A DNA stretch of 64,000 bases, from IMG/VR virus record IMGVR_UViG_3300019776_000213, positions 1 through 64,000 of that record; one strand, written 5' to 3'. The position numbers and the translations under genes are program-made. Shown piece by piece: positions 10,113 to 20,504 of this stretch. Numbering within the stretch: the first letter of the stretch is position 1; each line of letters begins with the position of its first letter. Source of the stretch: a virus. The notes beneath the pieces are model-generated. The model was given only the letters and a program-made list of their open reading frames with translations, did not search any database and was not told the origin of the DNA.

Positions 10113-10313
10113 ATGGAAAAGTTCTTTCAGTTTTTACTTTTGATGTTGTTTATTACAGCCACAAATGCGATGGGATTCTACATTATTACATCAACCATTA
10201 CACAACTATTTCATACTATTTATGCGAGTGGGTGGGGACTCAATGAGTATATATCAGGTGGGTTAAGTATTAGTGTTATACAAGTAATGATTAAGGAGGT
10301 GCGAAATGGATAA
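10113..10313 (+). CDS. Small membrane protein (tandem paralog 1)
   Basis: Hydrophobic; ASGWG..YI.GGL...MIKE shared with the next ORF. Confidence 0.65.
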   Translation: MEKFFQFLLLMLFITATNAMGFYIITSTITQLFHTIYASGWGLNEYISGGLSISVIQVMIKEVRNG

Positions 10314-10503
10314 GTTATTTGAAAGATTATTTGAATTCATTTATAATACCATACTCGGAACAATTTATTTCTCATCTTTGACTGTAGTTACAATAGACCT
10401 ATTCAAACTTAGTTTTGCAAGTGGTTGGGGTATAGGTGATTATATTACAGGAGGACTTGGACTATTTATTGTAAAAGAAATGATTAAGGAGCTAAAGAAA
10501 TGA
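10306..10503 (+). CDS. Small membrane protein (tandem paralog 2)
   Basis: ASGWGIGDYITGGL..MIKE. Confidence 0.65.
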   Translation: MDKLFERLFEFIYNTILGTIYFSSLTVVTIDLFKLSFASGWGIGDYITGGLGLFIVKEMIKELKK

Positions 10504-10826
10504 GTGAATTTATTAGTGCTTTGCAGAGTCAGATTGCTGCTAATAGTAGGGAGATTACTGAGATTGAATATCAAACTAGTATTGCGATTACTTCACGAGG
10601 ATTGCTTAAAGGACTTGTAAATAGCTTATCTTATAAAGATCAATATTGCAAACAACGTATTGATATAATTGTTAAGTACGATGATGTCCTTGATGTTATC
10701 TATGAAAATAAGCAAGAGCTAAAACGCTTAGCAGCTCGTCAGAAAGTGCTGAAGAAGATGTTGAAAGCACTTTATCAGGATGCTTATTATAAGAGGAATT
10801 GCTATGTTACGGGATTAGGAGAATAA
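10500..10826 (+). CDS. Hypothetical coiled-coil protein
   Basis: 108-aa ORF, paralog of 7221-7625. Confidence 0.6.
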   Translation: MSEFISALQSQIAANSREITEIEYQTSIAITSRGLLKGLVNSLSYKDQYCKQRIDIIVKYDDVLDVIYENKQELKRLAARQKVLKKMLKALYQDAYYKRNCYVTGLGE

Positions 10827-11058
10827 CATGGAACTATCTAAAGTAGATATTGCTAAGGCGTTTGGACTAACTCTGCATAAGTGTTGGGATGTGGTACAAA
10901 AAGGAGAGGCTTGTAAAGAATATTGTTTCAAATTAAATGGCCGTGAAATTTGGATTACTGGGAAGTTTGAAGTGTCACAAGCATGGGAGGCTGCTGCTGA
11001 AGAATTCTTGAAGCCATTGGAAGATGTATTGTTTGGGGATTATTGAGGAGGGTGGAGG

Positions 11059-13161
11059 ATGGAATTGCACGGATACTGCTATGATATTGAAGCTGATAAT
11101 CTGTACCTAGAATCATCAAAAATTTGGTATATGAAATTCAAGTCATTGGATGGTTCACGTTCAATGTCCATATACCCATTCAGAGAAACTATTGATGAAG
11201 TTAAATTAAAGTTTTATGAATGGAATAATTCTTTTGATGACGGGTGCTTTGTCGTTGGGCATAATATTCTTGGATACGATAATTGGATGTTATGGAAATT
11301 CTTTGACTTAAATTTTAAAGTAGGTAAAGATTACTTTGGTGGAAAGCCAGTGCAGTTCATTGACACACTTTATTTAAGCATGTTTATTGCACCAGATAAT
11401 CCATCTCATTCACTGGCATACTTGTCTGGTGGAACTGAGACTGAAAAGATCAATTATCGTCAAGGACTCATCGACTTAGGATTACTTGAGAAAACTTCTC
11501 CTAAAGGTGCGGAGTTTAAATTTTTCCATGATTCTATGGTTCCATACTGTGATCAAGACGTTGATGCTAATATTTCAGTATTCAAACGTTTAGTATCGCA
11601 AATGAAAGAGTTATATGGTGCAGAATGGGTTGTACCCTCTCTCCGACTAGGGCAAAAGAGTTTCTATCTGATGAACGCACAAGCATTTACTGGAGTAGCT
11701 TTTGATATTGAAAAGGCTAAATCATTACATACTGATATTGTGAAACGTGTAGAAGAAATCCGTGCTGAAGTAATGCCATTACTCCCTCTTCGTCCATTAA
11801 AGAAAGGTGAAGAGAAAGAATACACCATGCCAAAGAACCCTTATAAAAAGAATGGGGAATTTAGTAGTCACATGGTGAATTTTATAGAGAAGCATAATGG
11901 CATTAAAAACGATGATGGAACAGTTTCATTTTATGGTAAAGATTATTCCATTGTAGGTGGAGCATTGTTAGATATAAAACTTCCTATGGAATTAAAAGAC
12001 CAAGCTGAGTTTAAAGACTTCTTAATATCAGAAGGCTGGGTTCCAACAATGCACAACGTCCAGAAAGATGCTAATGGTAAAGCTGTGCGTGATCCTGTGA
12101 CTAAGCAGTTAATACTAACAAGTCCAAAATTACAAGAACAAGGAAAACTTTGTCCTAACTTGGAAGCAATGGATAATCCAATTATTAAGAAAGTAGTAAT
12201 GTATTTGAGTTTGAGAAATCGACAAGGTACATTAGAAGGTTGGCTAGAAAATCCAAGATTGCTGTGGGATGGTAGATTGAGTGCATCTGCCAGTGGTATT
12301 ACATCTACACATCGCCAGCGTCATGTCTGCGTGTGTAACGTACCTAAAGTTGGAAGTTTATTAGGTGAAGAAATGCGATCACTCTTCAAAGCTGAAGACG
12401 GTATGGCATTTGTGGGAGGGGACAGTGCAGCCCTTGAAAATAGGGTTACTGCAAGCTATACGTTCGATTATGACAATGGTAAGTATGCTGACATTATTCT
12501 CAATGGGGATAGTCATAGTTACAATGCAGTAGCATTCTTCCCAGAAGAAACTAAAGGGTTTGATCCATCATCACCAGACCATGATAAAGATCATCCAAAC
12601 TTTAAGAAATGGCGTGGCAAAGCGAAGAATGGGTTGTATTGTCTACTTTATGGAGGACAAGCCCCAAAACTTGCCCAAACTCTTGGGATACCAGCTAGTA
12701 AAGGGAAACAAGCTTTTGAAGCTTTCTGGAATGCAAATCCTGCCTTGAGGGATTTCAGGGATGCTGTCACTAATTATTGGAAGACAGTTGGAAAATCTAA
12801 GTATCTTCCTGCTATTGATGGGAGGTTGTTAGTGACTCGATCACCACACAGTCTAGTGAACCAGCTTTGCCAGAGTGCTGGGGCAATTGCTACAGATTTA
12901 GCTTTGGTGTTTTTTGATAGTGCTATGGGAGGGATTAAACTTGATGATAAGTTTAGACCATACTATAAGTATAAAGGGTGTATTGTAAAACGCACACTCT
13001 ATCAACACGACGAAGGGCAGTTTGAATGTTCTCCAGAGATTACTGAAGAAGTGGGAAAAGTATTTGTTGAATGCATTAGAAAAGCTGGAGATTATTTAAA
13101 AATGAAAGTAGCACTTGACGGGGAATACAAGATTGATGTAAACTGGATGGGGACACATTAA
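11059..13161 (+). CDS. Family A DNA polymerase with 3'-5' exonuclease (T7 gp5-like)
   Basis: ExoI DIE, ExoII GHNILGYD, ExoIII YCDQD; motif A DSAALENR, B RGKAKNGLYCLLYG, C HDE. Confidence 0.95.
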   Translation: MELHGYCYDIEADNLYLESSKIWYMKFKSLDGSRSMSIYPFRETIDEVKLKFYEWNNSFDDGCFVVGHNILGYDNWMLWKFFDLNFKVGKDYFGGKPVQFIDTLYLSMFIAPDNPSHSLAYLSGGTETEKINYRQGLIDLGLLEKTSPKGAEFKFFHDSMVPYCDQDVDANISVFKRLVSQMKELYGAEWVVPSLRLGQKSFYLMNAQAFTGVAFDIEKAKSLHTDIVKRVEEIRAEVMPLLPLRPLKKGEEKEYTMPKNPYKKNGEFSSHMVNFIEKHNGIKNDDGTVSFYGKDYSIVGGALLDIKLPMELKDQAEFKDFLISEGWVPTMHNVQKDANGKAVRDPVTKQLILTSPKLQEQGKLCPNLEAMDNPIIKKVVMYLSLRNRQGTLEGWLENPRLLWDGRLSASASGITSTHRQRHVCVCNVPKVGSLLGEEMRSLFKAEDGMAFVGGDSAALENRVTASYTFDYDNGKYADIILNGDSHSYNAVAFFPEETKGFDPSSPDHDKDHPNFKKWRGKAKNGLYCLLYGGQAPKLAQTLGIPASKGKQAFEAFWNANPALRDFRDAVTNYWKTVGKSKYLPAIDGRLLVTRSPHSLVNQLCQSAGAIATDLALVFFDSAMGGIKLDDKFRPYYKYKGCIVKRTLYQHDEGQFECSPEITEEVGKVFVECIRKAGDYLKMKVALDGEYKIDVNWMGTH

Positions 13162-13163
13162 TA

Positions 13164-13236
13164 TTGACAAATGAGAACTTTGTGGTATAATAACGTCTAG
13201 AATAAAACATATTTTAGATTAATTTACCACAAAGGA
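13164..13236 (+). promoter_or_regulatory. Promoter plus RBS-sequestering hairpin for homing endonuclease
   Basis: TTGACA-16-TATAAT; CTTTGTGGTA (13178-87) pairs with TACCACAAAG (13225-34), overlapping SD AAAGGA. Confidence 0.7.
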
Positions 13237-13241
13237 AGTAC

Positions 13242-14453
13242 ATGAATATCATTTATTTATTAACTAATAGTAGCAAACAAAGTGGGAAACGCTTTTACAT
13301 AGGGTCAAAACAAGAATGTCAAATAGCAGATGTTGATGGAGTTACAACAATTGTAGACAGAGAAGGAAAGCCATACTACTCATCATCTCAAAGTTTTGAG
13401 TTTAAACAAGATATGTTAAATGGTGATATATTTGTAGCATCAGTGTTGGAGCAGGTATTGGATAGAAATACTCTACTGCAAGAGGAAAATAAACATATTA
13501 CTTTAGCTAATGCTGTTGAATCTGAAGAATACTATAATATATCAAATGCTGTTTTGAACTGTCATAACCAAGATGCACTTGCTAACCTATTTGGAGAAAC
13601 AGTTAAAGACTTAGCAAAGAATAACTCCTCAATAAGCAAACGAGATAATTCAGCCAAAGAATTAGGTTTCAATAACTTCGGAGAGTTGTGTTTTTCAATA
13701 TGGGAGAGATACCAATTAAATCAAAACTGGCAGATGGTTTCAAGTTCTTTCAATAAAGAAAGACACTGGTCAAAGGTAGTTATCAAAGATTTCAATATGG
13801 AAAAGGCTAAAGATGATCTTACTAAAGTTTCAGAAGAACAGATTAGATGGCATATCGCCAGAAAATGTTCATTAGCTAAAGCTTGTGAGTTATTAGGAAT
13901 AGAATTACCAGCAGGAAGAATTTTATTAGGGGATTTCAATAAAGAATCACAAAGAGCCTATTCAGTAGCACTCTTGCTTGGTAAAACACAAGGAGAATTG
14001 GAAGCTGAGGTCACAAAAGATTTTCTGAAAGATTTACCTGTTATTGATATTTGTAAGAAGTACGGTATTAATGAGACTTCAGCAAAGAGATATTTCATGC
14101 GATGTATTAGAAGACATCTTGACCCAGAAGACATTTCATCGGAAATCCTTGAAACTCAAGAAGAAATATTAGAAGCCAAGAAGAAACGTCAGAATAAACA
14201 AACAAGGATTATCCAGTTTAAAGAGAAGTTGAAAACTATGGACAACTTAGTAAGAACAGAAGGCAGGCAATCAAATAATAAATCTGGAGTTGAAGGAATA
14301 TTCAAATCAACAAAAGGTAAATTGACTTATTGGACTGCACAATGGGTTGATAGGAATGGAAAGAAACGGAGTAAAAGCTTTAGTGTCTCGGCTTATGGTG
14401 ATGAAGAAGCTTTTGAAATGGCTGTAAATCATAGGAACGAAATGACGAATTAA
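13242..14453 (+). CDS. Putative GIY-YIG (Seg-like) homing endonuclease with C-terminal AP2 domain
   Basis: IIYLLTN....FYIGSK N-terminus; NKSGVEGI..WTAQW...KSFSVSAYGDEEAFEMA AP2-like; free-standing after polymerase. Confidence 0.65.
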   Translation: MNIIYLLTNSSKQSGKRFYIGSKQECQIADVDGVTTIVDREGKPYYSSSQSFEFKQDMLNGDIFVASVLEQVLDRNTLLQEENKHITLANAVESEEYYNISNAVLNCHNQDALANLFGETVKDLAKNNSSISKRDNSAKELGFNNFGELCFSIWERYQLNQNWQMVSSSFNKERHWSKVVIKDFNMEKAKDDLTKVSEEQIRWHIARKCSLAKACELLGIELPAGRILLGDFNKESQRAYSVALLLGKTQGELEAEVTKDFLKDLPVIDICKKYGINETSAKRYFMRCIRRHLDPEDISSEILETQEEILEAKKKRQNKQTRIIQFKEKLKTMDNLVRTEGRQSNNKSGVEGIFKSTKGKLTYWTAQWVDRNGKKRSKSFSVSAYGDEEAFEMAVNHRNEMTN

Positions 14454-14479
14454 ATTGGGCTACTTGCCATTGATAAAGC

Positions 14480-14508
14480 TTGACAAACCACCCCAACTAA
14501 CCTACAAT
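14480..14508 (+). promoter_or_regulatory. Sigma70-type promoter
   Basis: TTGACA-17-TACAAT. Confidence 0.75.
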
Positions 14509-14538
14509 ACGCATATCAAATAACAAGGAGAGCTATTT

Positions 14539-15168
14539 ATGTCAACTCAAACTATAGAAGCCTACAAGTGGCTATGTGAGAATACATGGTCGTATCAAGA
14601 CTTTATCGAGGCTAGAGATAATGCTAAAATTGACTTGAGTAAAATTAGACCAGAAGATATTAACAGAAAAGGAGGAACTAGTATGACAGTAGGAGATATT
14701 AATAGCACAGAAAAAGGCTCTGGGGCACGATATAACGATGGTAAGCCTGATTATTCATTACTTGTACTAAGTGACTTTGCAGAAACTTTGAAAGTAAATA
14801 CAGCGGAAGATGAAAAGATAATGACAATCATATCACTTCTTGGTATGTTCCAACAAAACCATAATATTATTGCGTTGTATGACATCATTGAGTTAGTTGG
14901 AAATGATGCGGTGAAAGAAGCTACTCATGTGTTTACATATGGTGCTACTAAGTATGCAGCGTGGAATTGGTTGAAAGGCATGAAGTGGAGTATTCCTCTG
15001 AGTTGCGCTGTACGCCATTGCCTTGCAATTCTATCTGGCGAAGATATTGATCCAGAATCAGGTCGTAAGCATGTTGGACACGTTGTATGTAATATATTTA
15101 TGCTTATTCATTATGCGCAACACTATAAAGAAGGAAATGACCTTCCCTCAACGGAGAATTTTAAATGA
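14539..15168 (+). CDS. dATP/dGTP diphosphohydrolase (DUF5664-like)
   Basis: YNDGKPDYSLL, VFTYGATKY..NW.KG, AVRH, GEDIDPESGRKHVGH. Confidence 0.8.
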   Translation: MSTQTIEAYKWLCENTWSYQDFIEARDNAKIDLSKIRPEDINRKGGTSMTVGDINSTEKGSGARYNDGKPDYSLLVLSDFAETLKVNTAEDEKIMTIISLLGMFQQNHNIIALYDIIELVGNDAVKEATHVFTYGATKYAAWNWLKGMKWSIPLSCAVRHCLAILSGEDIDPESGRKHVGHVVCNIFMLIHYAQHYKEGNDLPSTENFK

Positions 15169-15446
15169 TTACTAACCCACCGCTATTATATTTATCAATC
15201 TTCCTAGCATCCTGTGTCTACGTCGCCGCTCGATCAGCACAACAGATCAATGTCAGCAAGAAGCTTTATAGTCTTATTCCGTTATTTTCATTAATTATGG
15301 GCTTTCTCGATGTTTTTATTATGTCTATGATTGTTAAACATGCTACAGGAGAGCTTTGGATGATAGCCACTGCAATGGGACTAGGCGGCGGGTTAGGAAG
15401 TTGCGCAGCAGTATATTTACATGATAAACTTACAAAGGAGAAGTAA
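15165..15446 (+). CDS. Small 3-TM membrane protein
   Basis: Three hydrophobic segments. Confidence 0.65.
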   Translation: MITNPPLLYLSIFLASCVYVAARSAQQINVSKKLYSLIPLFSLIMGFLDVFIMSMIVKHATGELWMIATAMGLGGGLGSCAAVYLHDKLTKEK

Positions 15447-16206
15447 TAGCTATAGTAAACAAAGGATACAACCTAGAGCTACTAAACTCTCATTGGTATG
15501 AAGTAGCAAAAGAAAGATATAAAAGAGCTGGTGTAGAAGCCACTGAAGAAGACCTTCTCATATTAGCAGAAGATATTATTGAAGAACATAAACTGGAGGA
15601 AATGGATGACTGACATCACAAAAGATCAAATTAATTCACAAGCAGATTTAAATATCCGCAATGTACAGCAGAATACAAAGCTAACATCTATCAACAATCA
15701 TAGCTTGAAGGTGCTGGAAGCCTTCTCTGAGTATCCTATGGACTACATCTTATGTGTTCTACAAACCACTGTAGCGACAGCTTTAATAGAGTTCTCAGGA
15801 CATGAAGATTCTGATAAGAATTGGAAATGGAATTTCACAGAAGCTATTGACAATGCTAGTAAATTTGATGAGAATGTGAAAGCACTGATTACAATGAATC
15901 ACCAGAACAATACTGGTCTTGTTATTGTTGAGAAATGAGGAGAAAACTAAATGATTAATGTCAAGATCAACTACGATGCTGCTCAAGAAATCACTACACA
16001 CTTCTTGTTTGATATTCTCAATCCAAATGAACTAAAGCATAACATAGAAGACCCACAAGAGCTTGTAAAGGCTTATGAGCGAGTATTGCGAGATATTACT
16101 ACACATACTGATGAGCGGTTGAAAGTATTTGATACAATATATAAAGAGCTTGACAATACATTGTAATTTGTTGTATAATTATGTTTCACTAAATTAAGGA
16201 GAATGT

Positions 16207-16485
16207 ATGCTATCAATTATTGTTTCACTAGTTTCAATGGCACTTGCAGTATTCACTATTACAAACTTATTCAATTGGTTTGTAGCAGCAACATTTCACA
16301 TTACTGAGCTATCTTATGCAGCAGCTTTTGGTCTTAGTCTTGTTGTAGGGTATTTTACTAAAGTTAGTGTCTTCGCAGCAATAAAAACAGATAAATATGA
16401 TCCTGCTGAACGCATGGTATTCAACTTAACAGGTAATGTAATCTTGCTTACAGTAGGGTGTATTGTAAAGACATTCTTTATTTGA
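16207..16485 (+). CDS. Small membrane protein
   Basis: Hydrophobic 92 aa, TAAGGAGA SD, promoter TTGACA-18-TATAAT at 16150-16179. Confidence 0.65.
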   Translation: MLSIIVSLVSMALAVFTITNLFNWFVAATFHITELSYAAAFGLSLVVGYFTKVSVFAAIKTDKYDPAERMVFNLTGNVILLTVGCIVKTFFI

Positions 16486-16589
16486 TTTGTAAATGTGACA
16501 ACTTCATTTTAAGTTGTGGCTGGCATGGCAGTCTTAGCAAAAGCACCATGTATTAATCTAGAAACAAAATCTATAAAGGAAACTAAACA

Positions 16590-17237
16590 ATGGCAACTAA
16601 ACAATCACAATATGGTTCTGTCGAAGGTACTTTTGTATACGCTAAAGTTGGTCAACCAGATAATAAGTATCAAAGCACAGAAAAGGAATGGAGTATTGAA
16701 GTAATTGTTGATGAAGATACTGCGGATGCTTGGAATGAGCAATTTAAAAAGCAACCTGCTAAGAAGATTAAAACTTCTGAGTTTGAAACTAAATATAAAA
16801 TTCCAGTACCTTTAGCGTTGAAGAATGAGAAGAATGTCTTTGGTATTAAACTAAAACGTCAAGCTACGAATAATGGAATTGCAGTGGATGACCAATTCAG
16901 ACCAAAAGTGTTCATAGATGACTCTGAAGGAAACCGTACAGAAATTGGGCAAAGTCGTTTAATTGCTAATGGCAGTTTTGGCAAAGTGTCTTACTATATC
17001 TCTACTAACGATTTTGGTACGTTTGCTAGGTTGCAAAATGTATTGATGGATGAAGACAACTTCAAGGAATATGAGGCGTCTAACGGTAAAGCAGGAGATG
17101 AATTTGGAGTAAAACCTGTAAAGACGGAAGCACCTCGAAAAGAAGTTCTTGAGGCTCGTCCTGAGAAGGTAACTGCTGCTAAGAAAGATAAAGTCACACG
17201 TGTGGAGGATGACTATAGCGAAGAATCTCCTTTTTAA
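16590..17237 (+). CDS. Single-stranded DNA-binding protein (T7 gp2.5-like)
   Basis: YAKV..PD.KY, IANGS, acidic tail ending DDYSEESPF. Confidence 0.7.
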   Translation: MATKQSQYGSVEGTFVYAKVGQPDNKYQSTEKEWSIEVIVDEDTADAWNEQFKKQPAKKIKTSEFETKYKIPVPLALKNEKNVFGIKLKRQATNNGIAVDDQFRPKVFIDDSEGNRTEIGQSRLIANGSFGKVSYYISTNDFGTFARLQNVLMDEDNFKEYEASNGKAGDEFGVKPVKTEAPRKEVLEARPEKVTAAKKDKVTRVEDDYSEESPF

Positions 17238-17245
17238 TTTAACAT

Positions 17246-17283
17246 TAGAACACACCCCAAAAATAAGCTGGGGTGTGTTCTTT
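17246..17283 (+). terminator. Intrinsic terminator after SSB
   Basis: AGAACACACCCCA..TGGGGTGTGTTCT then TT. Confidence 0.65.
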
Positions 17284-17293
17284 GGAGATATGC

Positions 17294-17896
17294 ATGAGTA
17301 ATATTTTTCCAGATTTTAAATCTAGAGATGGTAGGTGGGTGAAATGCTTTAAATTAGAAAATTCAACAGGATTTACAAAGGCAGGAAGGTTGTGGTCAGA
17401 TGTTGCACACAGATGTAATCCAAAAGGGGCTTTTCAAAATAAGAAGCCTACCTATAAACAATGTGTAATGTCTGATAACTTCAAAAACTTTCAATATTTT
17501 GCAGAGTGGTGTCAAGACCAGATTGGCTACCTTGAAGAAGGATATCACTTAGATAAAGACATATTGTTTGAAGGAAATAAAGTATATTCTGAAGATACTT
17601 GTGTATTTATACCTAAAGATTTAAATGCCTTTTCAAAAAGATATGATAAGCCTAGAATAGGTATACCCACAGGAGTGTACATAACAAAATCAGGTAAATT
17701 TATTGCCAAAGCAGGTGACAAAGCTTTGGGTAACGTAGTCGTCGGGTTATTTAATACCGCCAAAGAGGCTTCTGATGCATACATATTACAAAAAGAGATG
17801 TATGCTGAGATTTGGTATAAACGCCTTTTGTCCAGAGAATTTTATGTTGATCCTAGAGTAATAGATAAGATGCGTGGTTGGAAATATACAGCATAA
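17294..17896 (+). CDS. HNH/AP2-type homing endonuclease
   Basis: W..V..RC, FQYFAEW, LDKDIL..GNKVYSEDTCVFIP, P.GV, LFNTAKEA. Confidence 0.75.
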   Translation: MSNIFPDFKSRDGRWVKCFKLENSTGFTKAGRLWSDVAHRCNPKGAFQNKKPTYKQCVMSDNFKNFQYFAEWCQDQIGYLEEGYHLDKDILFEGNKVYSEDTCVFIPKDLNAFSKRYDKPRIGIPTGVYITKSGKFIAKAGDKALGNVVVGLFNTAKEASDAYILQKEMYAEIWYKRLLSREFYVDPRVIDKMRGWKYTA

Positions 17897-19098
17897 CACC
17901 ACGTCCTGCATTTCTCGAAAGGGACTTGCAGGAATTTGTTTAAGGAGGATAAAATGGAATATGCAGCAGAAATATGGTTTGGGAACGTTGTACTGAAAAT
18001 TGATCTAGAAACTTATAACAGAGCAGACGAAGCAGAAGCTCTGGAAGTTGCTCAGAAGATAGCTAAAAAGCTTGGTGGTGAGGTGGATATGATTTATGCG
18101 CAGGAGTAATAATGACTGATGAAGAAGCTAAAAAGTTCATGTTAGAAGCAGCAAGTAAGTACGGCTTAGAGTATGAAGTAATGTTGTCTTTTAATGGTTA
18201 TATAGAAGCTGGAGATAGTGTTGAAGCTGCTGCGGCATGTGCTCTTTATGACTGGGACATATAATGCAAACAGACTATACATGGCTAGACGGATGGGTGA
18301 GAGTGCCTTCAGGAGCATTTTATGAGGTGAATGATGAATAAGGAGGATAAACAGTTAATTCTATGGATGGCAGCGAAAGAACTTACTAAAGATTTAATTA
18401 CTCAGTATCCTATTTTCCAAAAAGCTTACAATGATATTAAGCGAAGCACATTAAATAAGCGACAAAGATTGAAAGTAGTAGCTATGAGGAAGGGAAGACG
18501 ATGACAACAGCTAAACAAAAAGCTAGGCAAGAGATTAAAGAGCTTCTGCAAAAAGATTTAGAAGTTGCTAAATACAATGTTAGGCAGAATTTATGGGAGT
18601 TCAAAAGACTTGCAGCTAAACAAGAAGTATTGAAACGTAAAGTGGCAGAATCTCAGAGGATTATATCTATGCTGGAGAAATTATGACTAAAGAAGAAGCT
18701 ATTGCAAAGTTAAAAGGCGGATGTTATCTTAATTGTGAATGGGGAAATTGGACAGCGTACCAATTCACATGTAGCTGTACAGACGAAGAATTTGAATGTT
18801 GTAGAGATGATTTTGATTCCATAGAAGCTACAGTAGAACATTTAGAAGACTTCTGCAAAGGGAGATGGGAAAATGTTTATTAAAGGAGAGATGACATGGA
18901 TATAGAACGTTACTATACATTTGAAGAATCGGCTATTAGGCAGATAAGTAAACTGCATAAGAAAAATTACGAAATACGTGCTGCCTTGTCAAATTTATCA
19001 ACTGCTACAAAGTCTTACTGTGGCAACTCAAGTCTACCTACTTATATGCATGAAGCTATGCGCGAGGCTAGAGAATGTTTGCAAAAGGTTGATGAGTT

Positions 19099-20061
19099 AT
19101 GACTAAACGAATCCTATTAGCCGATGGCGACATAATAGCATTCAGGTGTGCAGCAGCTAATGAATCACGAAGCATTAAAGTCACTCACAAAGTTACTGGA
19201 CAAGTTACTTCTCATGCACATAGAACAGCTTTCAAAGAGCATATCCGAGATGAATTTGAAGTGGATGAGTTTGAAATAGAAGATGTAAGAGAAGCTGAAA
19301 ATATTTCGTTTGCTTACAATGCTATCAACACAACAATAGAAGCTCTGAAGAAATCTTGCGAAGCCTCTGAAGTAGAAGTGTTTATGAGTGGCAAGACAAA
19401 CTTCAGAGATAGTCTTCCGTTACCTTCTAAATACAAAGGAACTAGGGAAGGACTTGATAAGCCAGTGCAATTAGAACAGTGTCGAGAATATCTCAAAAAT
19501 AAATACAAAGCTAAAATAGCTGTAAACAAAGAAGCTGACGATGACCTTACAATTCGCGCTCATGAGCTTCGCAAGCAAGGTGATATAGGAATTGTAGCTA
19601 CAATTGATAAAGATGCATACGGCACTGACATATGGCTTTACAACTGGACTAAGATGGACAAGCCTATCAGAATCAAAGGACTAGGATTTCTTGAGTTAGA
19701 TGAGAAGAAAGTGTTGCGTGGACAAGGTAGGTTATGGTACTATGCTCAGTGGGTGAAGGGGGACACCGTAGATGCCTTTAAGCCGTGCGAAGTAGCTGGA
19801 AAGAAGTTTGGGGATACAGGATGCTACAACTTATTAAAAGACTGCAAAACAGACAAAGAAGCTGTACAAGCTGTTTACAACCAATATAAATCGTGGTATC
19901 CTTCTGAACCAATTGTATACAAAGATTGGCAAGGAAATGAACAGTCAAAGACGTTGATAGAGTTCCTAGACTTGTATGCATCTTGTTGTCATATGTTGAG
20001 AGGTGACGATGACAAGTTCGATACGAAATCATTGCTTGAAAAACTCGAAATAGAACTCTAA
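19099..20061 (+). CDS. 5'-3' exonuclease (T7 gp6-like)
   Basis: LADGDIIA, NFR...YKGTR, EADD, IDKD, GDTVD. Confidence 0.88.
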   Translation: MTKRILLADGDIIAFRCAAANESRSIKVTHKVTGQVTSHAHRTAFKEHIRDEFEVDEFEIEDVREAENISFAYNAINTTIEALKKSCEASEVEVFMSGKTNFRDSLPLPSKYKGTREGLDKPVQLEQCREYLKNKYKAKIAVNKEADDDLTIRAHELRKQGDIGIVATIDKDAYGTDIWLYNWTKMDKPIRIKGLGFLELDEKKVLRGQGRLWYYAQWVKGDTVDAFKPCEVAGKKFGDTGCYNLLKDCKTDKEAVQAVYNQYKSWYPSEPIVYKDWQGNEQSKTLIEFLDLYASCCHMLRGDDDKFDTKSLLEKLEIEL

Positions 20062-20071
20062 GGAGAAAATA

Positions 20072-20503
20072 ATGACCCCATGTGAAGAGCTTGGATATAA
20101 AGTAGGCGATAAGTTTAAAGTGGTTTGCTCAGATGATGGAAATTTTAGTAAAAATACGATAGTGTATCTTGTACAGGATGATTGTACAGAGTGTCCTAGG
20201 TTTTCTAAGCTACCACTTACCAATGAAGCATATGACGAGGATGATTGGGGTTATTTGTTTTTATATGATGTAGAAAAAGTAGATATTTTAGATTGTACTA
20301 AATCCTCCGCAACATCGACAAAAGATATGCTTTCAACCTTTCAACAATTTGAAAGCTCTCTTAGAAAAGCTAACGATGTGGGGCTGTCATTCCGAAAAGG
20401 GACTTATACAATCTATTTTGATAATTATGAGTTCAAAGGAGATGAAAGTAAGATTCGTAAGACTATTGAATTGTTGACAGAGTTGTTTATTGAAGGAGAA
20501 TAA
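20072..20503 (+). CDS. Hypothetical protein (YKVGD SH3-like)
   Basis: TPCEELGYKVGDKFKV; SD TAAGGAGAAAA. Confidence 0.6.
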   Translation: MTPCEELGYKVGDKFKVVCSDDGNFSKNTIVYLVQDDCTECPRFSKLPLTNEAYDEDDWGYLFLYDVEKVDILDCTKSSATSTKDMLSTFQQFESSLRKANDVGLSFRKGTYTIYFDNYEFKGDESKIRKTIELLTELFIEGE

Positions 20504-20504
20504 T

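Noticed and set aside
14539-15168. Z-genome or 7-deazaguanine modification cluster
   Set aside because: No PurZ, DpdA, QueC/D/E or FolE in the window
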